A stretch of 64,000 nt of DNA from Bdellovibrionales bacterium (lineage in GTDB: Bacteria > Bdellovibrionota > Bdellovibrionia > Bdellovibrionales > UBA1609): positions 782,588 through 846,587 of the forward strand of contig OZ241456.1 of NCBI GenBank assembly GCA_965200875.1. The letters are read 5' to 3'. Below, piece after piece: positions 23,119-31,717 of the stretch. The position numbers and the translations under genes were made by a program. Each line of letters begins with the position of its first letter. The first letter of the stretch is position 1. The notes beneath the pieces are model-generated. The model did not search any database and was not told where the DNA came from. It was given only the letters and a program-made list of their open reading frames with translations.

Positions 23119-23625
23119 TCATCTAGTGTTTGTGGATCCGGGGGGGGGGGGGGGACCGTTTTGCTCCAAATTATTCAATCGAGCGATTTTCTGCTTAGTG
23201 TTTTCAAGCAATAACTCTCCATTTTTCTTGCGCTCTTCCATAGTTTTTACAATAGAAGGCTGGATGTCAGTTTGAAACTCCTCATACAGTGTATTCAATT
23301 TCTGTTCATCCACATTATCAAAATCAATATTAGTAATAGACGACTTTCTTCTTGAAATATGATCTTCAGGAAGGCCACACAGATCAATAGCGCATTGTTC
23401 AAGTGTACCTTCCATATCTTCCATACCTTCTGTGCACTTGGCTTGGCATATTTCTTCAGTAGGACTATAGTTTGGGAATGAAGGATCATTTGCCTGTTCC
23501 ACAGCTCGAACAATGCCAAGAATATCATTCTCTGATAAAGTTACAGGCACTCCGGAAACTTCAGGTGCTATGTATAAAGAGATTGTCCATAAAATCACGC
23601 TGATTAAACAAAATCTTTTGTTCAT
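23119..23625 (-). CDS. secreted protein, probable N-terminal part of a frameshift-split metalloprotease
   Basis: Signal peptide MNKRFCLISVILWTISLYIAPEVSG (the tracked ORF extends to 23703). It ends 12 codons after a C15 tract that encodes PPPPP. Confidence 0.55.
   Translation of the reverse strand: MNKRFCLISVILWTISLYIAPEVSGVPVTLSENDILGIVRAVEQANDPSFPNYSPTEEICQAKCTEGMEDMEGTLEQCAIDLCGLPEDHISRRKSSITNIDFDNVDEQKLNTLYEEFQTDIQPSIVKTMEERKKNGELLLENTKQKIARLNNLEQNGPPPPPGSTNTR
23140..23154. repeat. homopolymer G15 (C15 in the sense of the minus-strand gene)
   Basis: Counted directly from the sequence. Confidence 0.95.
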
Positions 23626-24004
23626 ACAGATGAAAATCCAAGTTGTTAGCTGTTTAGTCCTGCAAAAGCAGGGGTCTTGCTGGGTTTTAGGGAAATGTAT
23701 CATCCTTTTTCCTTAAGCAAACATACTTTATCACTTTGCACTATGGCTTGTGCAAAAGTTCTGGTAAACAGGTTACTTGCCTGTTAAGGAGAAAGGTCTC
23801 CCTTGGAAACTAAAGGGTCAAGTTACCTACTTTTCAGTTCCGTACAGGCGAGAATCTAGTCAACATAACATATTTTTCATAAGAGGGTAACCAGACTCAT
23901 GAAAGGTTAGTCATCCATATTTTCTATTATCAAAAAAACATCCTAGCCAAAATTATTGAAATCCAGGATCAAAAAATAACTTTTTAGATCATTTTAACTG
24001 GTTG

Positions 24005-24112
24005 ATAGTCGGGGGCTTTAAAAGTTTTTTATCTCAATAATAGAATAAAAGCTGGTTTATTTTCATTTTTAAATAAACTTCTTATTTTTTTCAGAAAAAT
24101 CATTTATATTAT
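24005..24112 (+). repeat. 108-bp conserved intergenic element, copy 1 (copy 2 at 49172-49279)
   Basis: About 85 percent identity by eye over 108 bp in the same orientation. Both copies lie upstream of plus-strand genes. Confidence 0.8.
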
Positions 24113-24301
24113 TTTTAATAAAGAAAATACGGTCAGCATGTATGTTTTATAGAGTATTCCCTGTTTTTAAGAAATTTTTAAAAAATTAATTACACACACA
24201 CAATAACAATAAGTTAAAATGCAGAGCAGAAAGGTAAATGGTGATATGTTTCAAAATGTTTTTTTTAAAAATAGTTTTTCAAAGAACAATAAATTTGTTT
24301 A

Positions 24302-24317
24302 CCCCCCCCCCCCCCCC
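24302..24317. repeat. homopolymer C16
   Basis: Counted directly from the sequence. Confidence 0.95.
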
Positions 24318-24514
24318 TTCTTTGGTCTTATCAGAGTTTAATTTTTATCTTTAACACTTTCTTTCTCAAATTCCACTTCAGCTTTTTTTGCTTTGTTTTT
24401 AGTATTGTTAGTTTAATCTTTTTCCAAAAATCTTATGCCAATCCTGTTTCTGGTTTAGCCACGCCGGCTATTGATAAAAGCACAGAAGAACAACAAGAAA
24501 AAACTGCTAAGGGC

Positions 24515-25219
24515 TTGATAATTGCTTTTAAGGTGTGGCCTTTGAGTGAGACAGATAAAAGTGCACTTTTAAAGAAAACCAAAGCTCTGGGTCTTGAAGA
24601 AAAATTTTTCTACTCACGATTTAAAACTTATGTATTTGAGTGGGAGGGGTGGCGTGAAAAAAAACAAGCTTTAAGAGCCTGCGAAACTTTTTTGAATTTT
24701 CCAGGGCTGGATTACTGCGAACCAAATTTTTTACAAAAGCCTCCTAATAAAAATGATTTTTTGACAGATACAACAGAACCTAAGTCAGATATAAAGCTTA
24801 ATCCTCAGGAGACTTTTTCTGATACAGAGTCAGGAAATATTCGCTCCTGTAAAATTATTTCATCTGAATTAAATTTGATTAAAGGTAGATTATCAGATTA
24901 TTGGGCACAGGAAATGATTGGCTCTGATTTAATGAGAGAGAAACTTAAACTTTTGCCCCCTGTAAAAAAACACCTTGTTGCGGTATTTGATACCCCTACC
25001 TCAAAACGACATGATATAGGTTCTACAAATATTATTTCACATGAGGGAAAACAGGCCGTCTTGCCCCCCATAGGTAACAGTATTACCAATTTTGATGTAA
25101 CTCTCTCAGAGCACAGCTTAGGGCATAGTGACTATCTGTTGGAAACCGCTGAAAACAGATGTAAACACCTAAAGTCCAAAAAACCGGCAAGCCCTCCTAG
25201 TCAAAGAGCAGTAAGATGA
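24515..25219 (+). CDS. N-terminal portion of a subtilase-like locus, with the 5-prime end disrupted at the C16 tract
   Basis: The frame is open from 24293 and encodes a hydrophobic signal-like segment (FHFSFFCFVFSIVSLIFFQKSYA) before the tracked TTG start. VAVFDT resembles the S8 catalytic Asp motif. Confidence 0.5.
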   Translation: MIIAFKVWPLSETDKSALLKKTKALGLEEKFFYSRFKTYVFEWEGWREKKQALRACETFLNFPGLDYCEPNFLQKPPNKNDFLTDTTEPKSDIKLNPQETFSDTESGNIRSCKIISSELNLIKGRLSDYWAQEMIGSDLMREKLKLLPPVKKHLVAVFDTPTSKRHDIGSTNIISHEGKQAVLPPIGNSITNFDVTLSEHSLGHSDYLLETAENRCKHLKSKKPASPPSQRAVR

Positions 25220-26643
25220 TTAAAGCTTTAAAGTTAAATTTACGAGTTTTATTAATAATGTTATTTATGGTGGCAAGCACTTTACCAGAAAGAGCTGAAT
25301 CAGGATTTCTTTTCAAACGGAAGAAACGCCCACCAAGAGTTAACACAAAACCAATTAAAAGAGTTAATACAAAAAATCCCCCTATGAAATCACCTCCCAT
25401 AAAAACCCCCTCTAAGTCATCTATAGTGGCTGACTCAAGTCCTTATAAGCAGTGCCGGGCTACTGTTCTACCCTCCTTTATTAATCATTCTCAGTATACA
25501 AATAAGACCAGAAATCGTTCTTTAAAAGCACTTTCACCGCCTTCCATTGTTGTTAGTTCTGCCGGAAATTTTGCCCCTAAACCTATCTCTGATACAGCTA
25601 TAGAAATTAGTAAGGATGTTAACGCAATTTTAGTAGGTTCTTTGTCCACAGGAGGGACACCAAGTTCATTTTCCCAGAAGGGAGAAGAGGTGCATATTAT
25701 GGCCCCTTCTGGTCACTTTCTCACTTCAGCCACTAGCACAGGTCATTATCGAAAATATGGTGGTACTAGTGGAGCTGCGCCTTTGGTAACAGGAAGTTTG
25801 GCTGGATTTGAGTGGATAGCAGGTTATCACCCCACAGCGGCGGAGGCTAAAATTTTATTGTTAAAAACAGCTATTCACATGAAGGGTATTACAAAAGGAC
25901 ATGGTGTTGGTATGGTCAATGCCTATAAATTAGCTATGGTGGCAGAAAAATTAAAAAAAGCTTGTGGAAAAAATATATCCTGTTTTAAAGATAAAATAAA
26001 ACAAGACGATACTTATAGGTTTCCAGAAGACGAAGCTGTGAGTGAAGCCTTGGATAAAGCTTTTCCTTCTTGTTCTTCCACCTGCACAGAAGAGGATTTA
26101 AAATCTACTCCTTCCTGTGCGGAAAAAGCTAATGCCCTTAAGGAATTTAGAAAACAAGTTTTTTTAAACCCTCAGAATAAAAACCTTTGGAAAAAACTAG
26201 CCTGTGTTTATGCCGAAGGGGGTTTTGAAGAAAATAGTCGATTTTCACAGAGTGTCTATACAGATACAGTAGATCGTGGTAGTGATGGTAAAGATTGCAA
26301 GAAAGATGCAGACTGTTTTTTAGTACCAGCTTGTTTTGGAAATGCTAATGGTTTAATTGCTAAGCCACGCTCTTTTAAGGATAGTCATTATATTCTCTGT
26401 ATGGAACTGAACGGCAAAATACCTCTTTGTAATGGCAAATGTCGATGTGATTCCAAAGAAAAAGTATCATCTTCTTCTGCCGAAGCTGGACATGTCGCCA
26501 CTGCGTCTTGTGTAGATTCTAGGTGTATTATAACGAAAGAGTATGGTCCCCCTCCTCCTTTACCACCAGGAAGTGGTGAAATACCCCCCCCAGAAAGTGG
26601 TGGTCTTCCCGGTAGTAGTGAAAAATCTGGTGCTGTTAAATAG
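25216..26643 (+). CDS. S8 (subtilisin) family peptidase, C-terminal half plus Cys-rich and Pro-rich tail
   Basis: SSAGN (oxyanion Asn) and IMAPSG...YGGTSGAAPLVTGSLAG (catalytic Ser) are present. No Asp or His motif is seen. The start overlaps the upstream stop as ATGA. Confidence 0.7.
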   Translation: MIKALKLNLRVLLIMLFMVASTLPERAESGFLFKRKKRPPRVNTKPIKRVNTKNPPMKSPPIKTPSKSSIVADSSPYKQCRATVLPSFINHSQYTNKTRNRSLKALSPPSIVVSSAGNFAPKPISDTAIEISKDVNAILVGSLSTGGTPSSFSQKGEEVHIMAPSGHFLTSATSTGHYRKYGGTSGAAPLVTGSLAGFEWIAGYHPTAAEAKILLLKTAIHMKGITKGHGVGMVNAYKLAMVAEKLKKACGKNISCFKDKIKQDDTYRFPEDEAVSEALDKAFPSCSSTCTEEDLKSTPSCAEKANALKEFRKQVFLNPQNKNLWKKLACVYAEGGFEENSRFSQSVYTDTVDRGSDGKDCKKDADCFLVPACFGNANGLIAKPRSFKDSHYILCMELNGKIPLCNGKCRCDSKEKVSSSSAEAGHVATASCVDSRCIITKEYGPPPPLPPGSGEIPPPESGGLPGSSEKSGAVK

Positions 26644-26646
26644 TGG

Positions 26647-26725
26647 CCCGTGAAAAAGTATGTTATTTTCTTGGATTCCCGTTTTCACGGGAATGACATT
26701 TGTATAAAAAGGTTTTTTCACGGGG
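26647..26725. repeat. nested palindromes: cccgtgaaaaa ... ggattcccgttttcacgggaatgac ... tttttcacgggg
   Basis: Read directly. The inner unit is a copy of the ATTCCC/GGGAAT repeat family. Confidence 0.8.
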
Positions 26726-26904
26726 TGTTATAATAATCAGGTGTGAAACAGTCCGCTCAGTGAAGTAAATCACTTGGCACATCTCTTTAAAAGTTCAGAG
26801 ATTCCAGCTCATCAAGGGACTGAAAATTCTTAGAGAGCTTTCAGTTTTAAGAAAAAGCATTTATTCAGGAAAAACTATCATTAAGACACATAAGTTATTC
26901 AGGA

Positions 26905-27192
26905 TTACTTTTCTTTGGCATTCTTGGTTTTTGAAGTTTTTCCATTTTTATTTGTTTTAACCTTGAGTGTTGGCATGTGATGAGGTTTGAGAAGTGGAAG
27001 AACCACTGGGGATAAACGCATTCGTTGGCTCATGTTGGTAATAAATTCTCTTAAATAAGGGTATATATTAAAATAAGCATTTTCAGTTCCAAAATACTTA
27101 ACAGCTTTTTTATTTAACTTTATATCATTAACCTCGGTGTTTTGAGTTGTTTTGATGAAAAACACTGTCGGAAACTTTATTTCTGCTTCCAA
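26905..27192 (-). CDS. SecB-like chaperone fragment
   Basis: NIYPYLREFITNMSQRMRLSPVVLPLL parallels E. coli SecB [28 protein letters not shown] (recalled from memory). Only about 95 aa, with a TTG start, so it is N-terminally short. Confidence 0.4.
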   Translation of the reverse strand: MEAEIKFPTVFFIKTTQNTEVNDIKLNKKAVKYFGTENAYFNIYPYLREFITNMSQRMRLSPVVLPLLKPHHMPTLKVKTNKNGKTSKTKNAKEK

Positions 27193-27484
27193 TTATGCGG
27201 GTGTGGAAGTCTACTTCCATATTCAAGTGAAAGCAAACGCGTGCAAAAGTTCTTAAAGTCAGATTGTGACCATCTGACAGCAATTCTGTTACATGAGCTT
27301 TTGACTGGTTTAAAGATCTGGCCAGATTTGTTCTGGTGGTGTTGCTGTTCTGCATGAGTTCAGCAATTTTTTCCTGGGCTTTCAGTATAGCCAGCTCTTC
27401 ATAGAAAACAGGGCTGTTTCTAAATGTTTCAGTGCTTTTAGGATAGGATGATTGTTTATTTTTGGTATTTTGATTTTTTTTCAT
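27128..27484 (-). CDS. XRE-family HTH protein (HigA-like antitoxin)
   Basis: TRTNLARSLNQSKAHVTELLSDGHNLTLRTFARVCFHLNMEVDFH fits the XRE HTH pattern. It overlaps the SecB-like ORF by 65 nt in another frame. Confidence 0.6.
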   Translation of the reverse strand: MKKNQNTKNKQSSYPKSTETFRNSPVFYEELAILKAQEKIAELMQNSNTTRTNLARSLNQSKAHVTELLSDGHNLTLRTFARVCFHLNMEVDFHTRIIGSRNKVSDSVFHQNNSKHRG

Positions 27485-27636
27485 TTTATTCTCCTTCGGT
27501 TACTTTTGTATTTTTTATATATATTTAAATAGCTTGTAAAAAACCTGCGACTTGTTGTCAGTCCTTGTCGGCAGGAATCCTCTATGAAAAAAGTCATTAA
27601 GAGCTTTCATTTTTTTGAAATCAGGAAGTAACAATA

Positions 27637-27777
27637 TTACTTCAATATATTATCACTCTCATATTCTCTCACGGTTTTGCAAAGTTTCGTTGTTTTTTCA
27701 ATTTCGTTTTTAGGCCATTTATTTTGTTTCTTCTTGAATCCATCCAATAAGCAGATACATTCTTTACTCAGAAGTAA
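27637..27777 (-). pseudogene. C-terminal remnant of a Gp49/HigB-like (RelE superfamily) toxin
   Basis: The stop-to-stop frame reads LLLSKECICLLDGFKKKQNKWPKNEIEKTTKLCKTVREYESDNILK. This resembles the ...LLHGFIKKTQKTPKKEIE.A... tail of Gp49-like toxins. There is no ATG start and the N-terminus is missing. Confidence 0.4.
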
Positions 27778-27911
27778 TCAAGGTAAAAAACATCAAGTGT
27801 CAAGTGTTTACTTGCTAAAAAAAATATCTAATTTGTTATATTTATAGCGTTTTATATAGAAAAAACTTGACTTTTAAGCGATTATTGGATTTTATAGCCC
27901 GTGGAGGATGA

Positions 27912-29756
27912 GTGTCTGACAAATTATCATACAAATTATTGAAGATACGGCAAAATTTATCACTTTCTCAGGAGGAACTGGCAGAAGAGTTGGGCGTTTC
28001 TTTTGCTACAGTAAATCGGTGGGAAAACGGTCATTCCACTCCAAGAAGGGTTATAATGGAGACTATCCATAATCTATATAAAAGAGCACAGGAGGTGGAA
28101 ACACAGATGCTTGAATCTGAAGATCAAAAACCAAAAAAAGATGTTGTGCGGAGAAAAAGCCGAGGAGGTGGCCCGGGAACAGGTATTCTGGATAGTAGTT
28201 CTATGGAACAAATGCTTTGGAAAGTTGCCTGCGGAATTAGGGGTGAAAAAGACGCTCCAAAGTTTAAAAATTATCTTCTTCCCCTGTTATTTATCAAGCG
28301 ACTTTCTGATGTATTTGATGACGAGATTAATCGGCTTACGCAAAAGTTTGGCAGTCGCGAAAAAGCTTTAAAAATGCTGGAGCTGGATCCTTCTCTGGTT
28401 CGTTTTTACCTTTCGCCGGAGGCCAGATGGTCTGTTGTCAGTGGGCAGACTGACTTTAAATGGCCAAGAGAAAATAAACCTCGTTCTTTGGGAGAGCAAT
28501 TAACTTTAACTATGAGGGTTATTGTGAAAGACAACCCGGAGTTAAGGGGTGTTATTGATACTGAAGATTATAACGAAAGCAGAGGAGGGGAGCGGGAGAT
28601 AAGTGATTCTGCTTTAAGGAAAGTTATTGAAATTTTCTCCAATCCTAAATATCGTTTAGGGCTTAACGATGTGGAGCCTGATTTTTTAGGTCGAGCCTAC
28701 GAGTATCTTTTAAGGAAGTTTGCTGAAGGGCAGGGGCAAAGCTCAGGAGAGTTTTTTACTCCGCGTGAAGTGGGCTTTATTATGGCTAAAATTATGCAAC
28801 CCTTTGGAGGGGAAACTGCGTATGACTGCGCCTGCGGTTCTTTTGGCCTGTTGATAAAGCTTCAGCTTGTGTTAAGACAAACCAACCCTTTAAATAAAAT
28901 CCCTTTGCATTTGAGTGGTCAGGAGCTTAACGGCTCCAGTTTTGCCATTGCCTGTATGAACAGAATTATCCACGATATAGAAGGAAAAGTGAAGAGAGGC
29001 GACTCCATGCAAAACCCTAAGTTCAAAGACTCTACTGGCAGATTAAAAAAGTTCGATATTATTGTGGCCAATCCCATGTGGAATCAGCCCTTCAACAATT
29101 CTGTTTATGAAAACGATCCTTTTAATCGCTTTGAGTCCCAAGGTGGCATTACTTCTGGCAAAGCAGACTGGGCATGGCTTCAACACATACTGGCTTGTCT
29201 TAAAGAAAAAACAGGACGGGCAGGGGTGGTGCTGGATACTGGAGCAGTTACTCGAGGGAGTGGAAGTCAACACGAAGACAAGGAGAAAAAAATCAGAAAA
29301 TGGTTTGTGGATAATGACTTTATTGAAGGTGTGATACTTTTACCAGAAAATCTTTTTTACAATACCTCTTCAGCCGGCATTATTGTTTTTCTGAACAAAA
29401 ACAAACTGGAAGAAAGAAAAAATAAAATTATTTTATTAAATGCCAGTCAGGAATTTTACAAAGGAAAACCCAAGAATCATATTTCAGAGGAAGGGATTAA
29501 AAAAATAGCCACCGCCTTTATTAAAGGTGAAGAGGTGGATCGTTTTGTGAAGGTTATCACAAAAGAGTCCGTAAAGAAGAATGATTACAACCTCTCTCCT
29601 TCCCGATATATCAGTCTTTCGGAGGAAGCAGTGTATCGCCCCATCCCTCAAATTTTATCTGACTTAAACATGATCCAAAAATCAGCGGATAAAGTGGATC
29701 GGGATTTAGCTATGATTTTCCAAAAATTAAAGCCTAAACTTAAGGTGCAAAATTAG
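27912..29756 (+). CDS. hsdM: type I R-M methyltransferase subunit HsdM with N-terminal XRE-type HTH
   Basis: The HsdM_N motif LWKVACGIRGEKDAPKFKNYLLPLLFIKRLSDVF is present. Motif I is YDCACGSFGLL and motif IV is IVANPMWNQPF. The N-terminus LSQEELAEELGVSFATVNRWENG is an HTH. GGAGGA lies upstream of the GTG start. Confidence 0.88.
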   Translation: MSDKLSYKLLKIRQNLSLSQEELAEELGVSFATVNRWENGHSTPRRVIMETIHNLYKRAQEVETQMLESEDQKPKKDVVRRKSRGGGPGTGILDSSSMEQMLWKVACGIRGEKDAPKFKNYLLPLLFIKRLSDVFDDEINRLTQKFGSREKALKMLELDPSLVRFYLSPEARWSVVSGQTDFKWPRENKPRSLGEQLTLTMRVIVKDNPELRGVIDTEDYNESRGGEREISDSALRKVIEIFSNPKYRLGLNDVEPDFLGRAYEYLLRKFAEGQGQSSGEFFTPREVGFIMAKIMQPFGGETAYDCACGSFGLLIKLQLVLRQTNPLNKIPLHLSGQELNGSSFAIACMNRIIHDIEGKVKRGDSMQNPKFKDSTGRLKKFDIIVANPMWNQPFNNSVYENDPFNRFESQGGITSGKADWAWLQHILACLKEKTGRAGVVLDTGAVTRGSGSQHEDKEKKIRKWFVDNDFIEGVILLPENLFYNTSSAGIIVFLNKNKLEERKNKIILLNASQEFYKGKPKNHISEEGIKKIATAFIKGEEVDRFVKVITKESVKKNDYNLSPSRYISLSEEAVYRPIPQILSDLNMIQKSADKVDRDLAMIFQKLKPKLKVQN

Positions 29757-29844
29757 ATGTTTGAAAAAAATTTTGCTATATTCAGTCCAAAACATAAACC
29801 AGCGCGAAAAAAAATCAAACCAAGGAGAAGAATGAAAAAAGGAG

Positions 29845-31500
29845 GTGAAAGTGGGCACACCACAGTCACAAAGAAAGCAAAAGCGTTTTCGCATAACTGA
29901 TAAAAAAATCAATAACCTGCTATTAATGGGGGAAGGGTATCGCATAGAGTTTAAACAATCTCTTGATAAGTCTCTTCTTGAAGAGGTTTGTGCTTTTGCC
30001 AATTCATCAGGTGGTTATATTTTAATAGGAGTGGCAGATGATAAAACCATTAAAGGAGTGAACATAAGCCATCGGCAACTTTCTCAAATCCAGGATATGT
30101 TGATCCGTTTACAACCTAAGTTGGATATCATTGTTACAGCCAAGAAAAACCTTATTGTTATTTGTGTTCCTGAAGGTTCTGAAAAACCTTATAGTTCTCC
30201 AAGGGGATTTTTTATGAGAGTGGGGGCAAATTCTCAAAAAATGACTAGGGATGAAATTATTGGTTTTTTTAAAAAAGAGGGTCGGATCCATTTTGAAGAG
30301 TTAATCAATGAAAAAGCAACCTTTGAAAAGGATTTTGATCCACAGGCTTTTAAAAAATTTTTAAAACTATCAGGGATCAACCCAACAATTAAACAGGAAA
30401 CTCTTTTACAAAATCTTGATTGTTTGACACCAGATAACAATCTTACAAACTTAGGGGTTTTGTTTTTTGCCAAGGACCTAGATTTCATTATGAATCATGC
30501 TCTTGTGGATTGTATTTTGTTTCGAGGTGTAAATAAAGTAAAGATTTTAGATAGAAAGCAATACAAAGGAAATATTATTGAAAATATTGAAAGTGCTTTG
30601 GCTTTTGTGCAAAGACATACAAATACAGAGTATGTGATTACAGGTAAACCCCAAAGGGAGGAAATTGCTGATTACCCTGAAACTGCTTTAAGGGAAGCTA
30701 TTGTCAATGCTGTTTGCCATAGAGATTATTTTGAAAAACGTTGCCATGTAGTTGTGGAAGTATTTTCTAACAGAGTGAAAATTGACAATCCGGGTGGTTT
30801 GCCAAGTGGGCTTAATCCAAAACAATTTGGAACAAAAAGTGTGCCACGAAATCTTTTTATTGCCTCAATGCTTCATAGAGCAAATTACATAGAACAAGCC
30901 GGAACAGGAATAAACCGCATAAAAGAAGCACTTGCTAATCATAAAAAGAAAGTGATTCTTGATATTCAATATAGTAAAGCCAGTACTTTTTACACTGTTG
31001 TTTTTAGAAAGAAAGCACTTACCAGCACTACCCAGAAACCGGCATTAGGCACTACCCAGAAAAGGTTATCCGGCACTACCCAGAAACCGGCATTAGGCAC
31101 TACCCAGAAAAGGTTATCCGGCACTACCCAGAAACCGGCATTAGGCACTACCCAGAAAAGGTTATCCGGCACTACCCAGAAACCGATATCAGGCACTACC
31201 CAGAAAAGGTTATCCGGTACTACCCAGAAAAGGTTATCCGGCACTACCCAGAAACCGGCATTAGGCACTACCCAGAAAAGGTTATCCGGTACTACCCAGA
31301 AACCGATATCAGGCACTACCCAGAAAATTTTGAATTTAATAAATAAAAACCCTGTTATCACTAGGCAAGAACTGGCGGAACAAATCGGCAACATTAGTGT
31401 AGATGGTATTAAGTACCATTTGGAACAGCTAAAAAAGAAAGGTTTTTTGAAAAGAATTGGTCCTGCTAAAGGTGGTCATTGGAAGGTTCTTAAAAAATGA
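29845..31500 (+). CDS. AlbA_2 (Schlafen-like) / HATPase_c_4 / wHTH protein with internal 8-aa tandem repeats
   Basis: Motifs EGYRIEFKQS...FANSSGGYILIGV and REAIVNAVCHRDY...VKIDNPGGLP are present. The C-terminus ITRQELAEQIGNISVDGIKYHLEQLKKKGFLKR is a wHTH. Confidence 0.75.
   Translation: MKVGTPQSQRKQKRFRITDKKINNLLLMGEGYRIEFKQSLDKSLLEEVCAFANSSGGYILIGVADDKTIKGVNISHRQLSQIQDMLIRLQPKLDIIVTAKKNLIVICVPEGSEKPYSSPRGFFMRVGANSQKMTRDEIIGFFKKEGRIHFEELINEKATFEKDFDPQAFKKFLKLSGINPTIKQETLLQNLDCLTPDNNLTNLGVLFFAKDLDFIMNHALVDCILFRGVNKVKILDRKQYKGNIIENIESALAFVQRHTNTEYVITGKPQREEIADYPETALREAIVNAVCHRDYFEKRCHVVVEVFSNRVKIDNPGGLPSGLNPKQFGTKSVPRNLFIASMLHRANYIEQAGTGINRIKEALANHKKKVILDIQYSKASTFYTVVFRKKALTSTTQKPALGTTQKRLSGTTQKPALGTTQKRLSGTTQKPALGTTQKRLSGTTQKPISGTTQKRLSGTTQKRLSGTTQKPALGTTQKRLSGTTQKPISGTTQKILNLINKNPVITRQELAEQIGNISVDGIKYHLEQLKKKGFLKRIGPAKGGHWKVLKK
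31024..31326 (+). repeat. about 12.5 x 24-bp tandem repeat (actacccagaaaccggcattaggc / actacccagaaaaggttatccggc, encodes GTTQK(PAL/RLS/PIS))
   Basis: Read directly. The repeat is in frame inside the AlbA_2 gene. Confidence 0.9.
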
Positions 31501-31514
31501 AACGAGCAGTTAGA

Positions 31515-31717
31515 CACGATGTCATTCCCGCCTTGAGCGGGAATCCCGCACTTAAACGGGAAGCCAAATCGTTGTCTTCCTGTCCCTTGCGATCGAGAAT
31601 CCAGCAACAGTTTTCATTTTGTTACGATGTCATTCCCGCCTTGAGCGGGAATCCCGCACTTAAACAGGAAGATAAATTGTTATCTTCCTGTCCCTTGCGG
31701 TCGAGAAGACAATCATC
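31515..31717 (+). repeat. two tandem copies (about 100-109 bp) of a compound palindromic element
   Basis: cgatgtcattcccgccttgagcgggaatcccgcacttaaac(g/a)ggaag...ttgtcttcctgtcccttgcg is repeated. The tracked ORF 31497-31745 is its translation artefact. Confidence 0.85.

Noticed and set aside
24192-24202. Short (CA)5 dinucleotide run upstream of the C16 tract
   Set aside because: It is too short to support a claim of variability on its own, and is noted only as context for the homopolymer switch.
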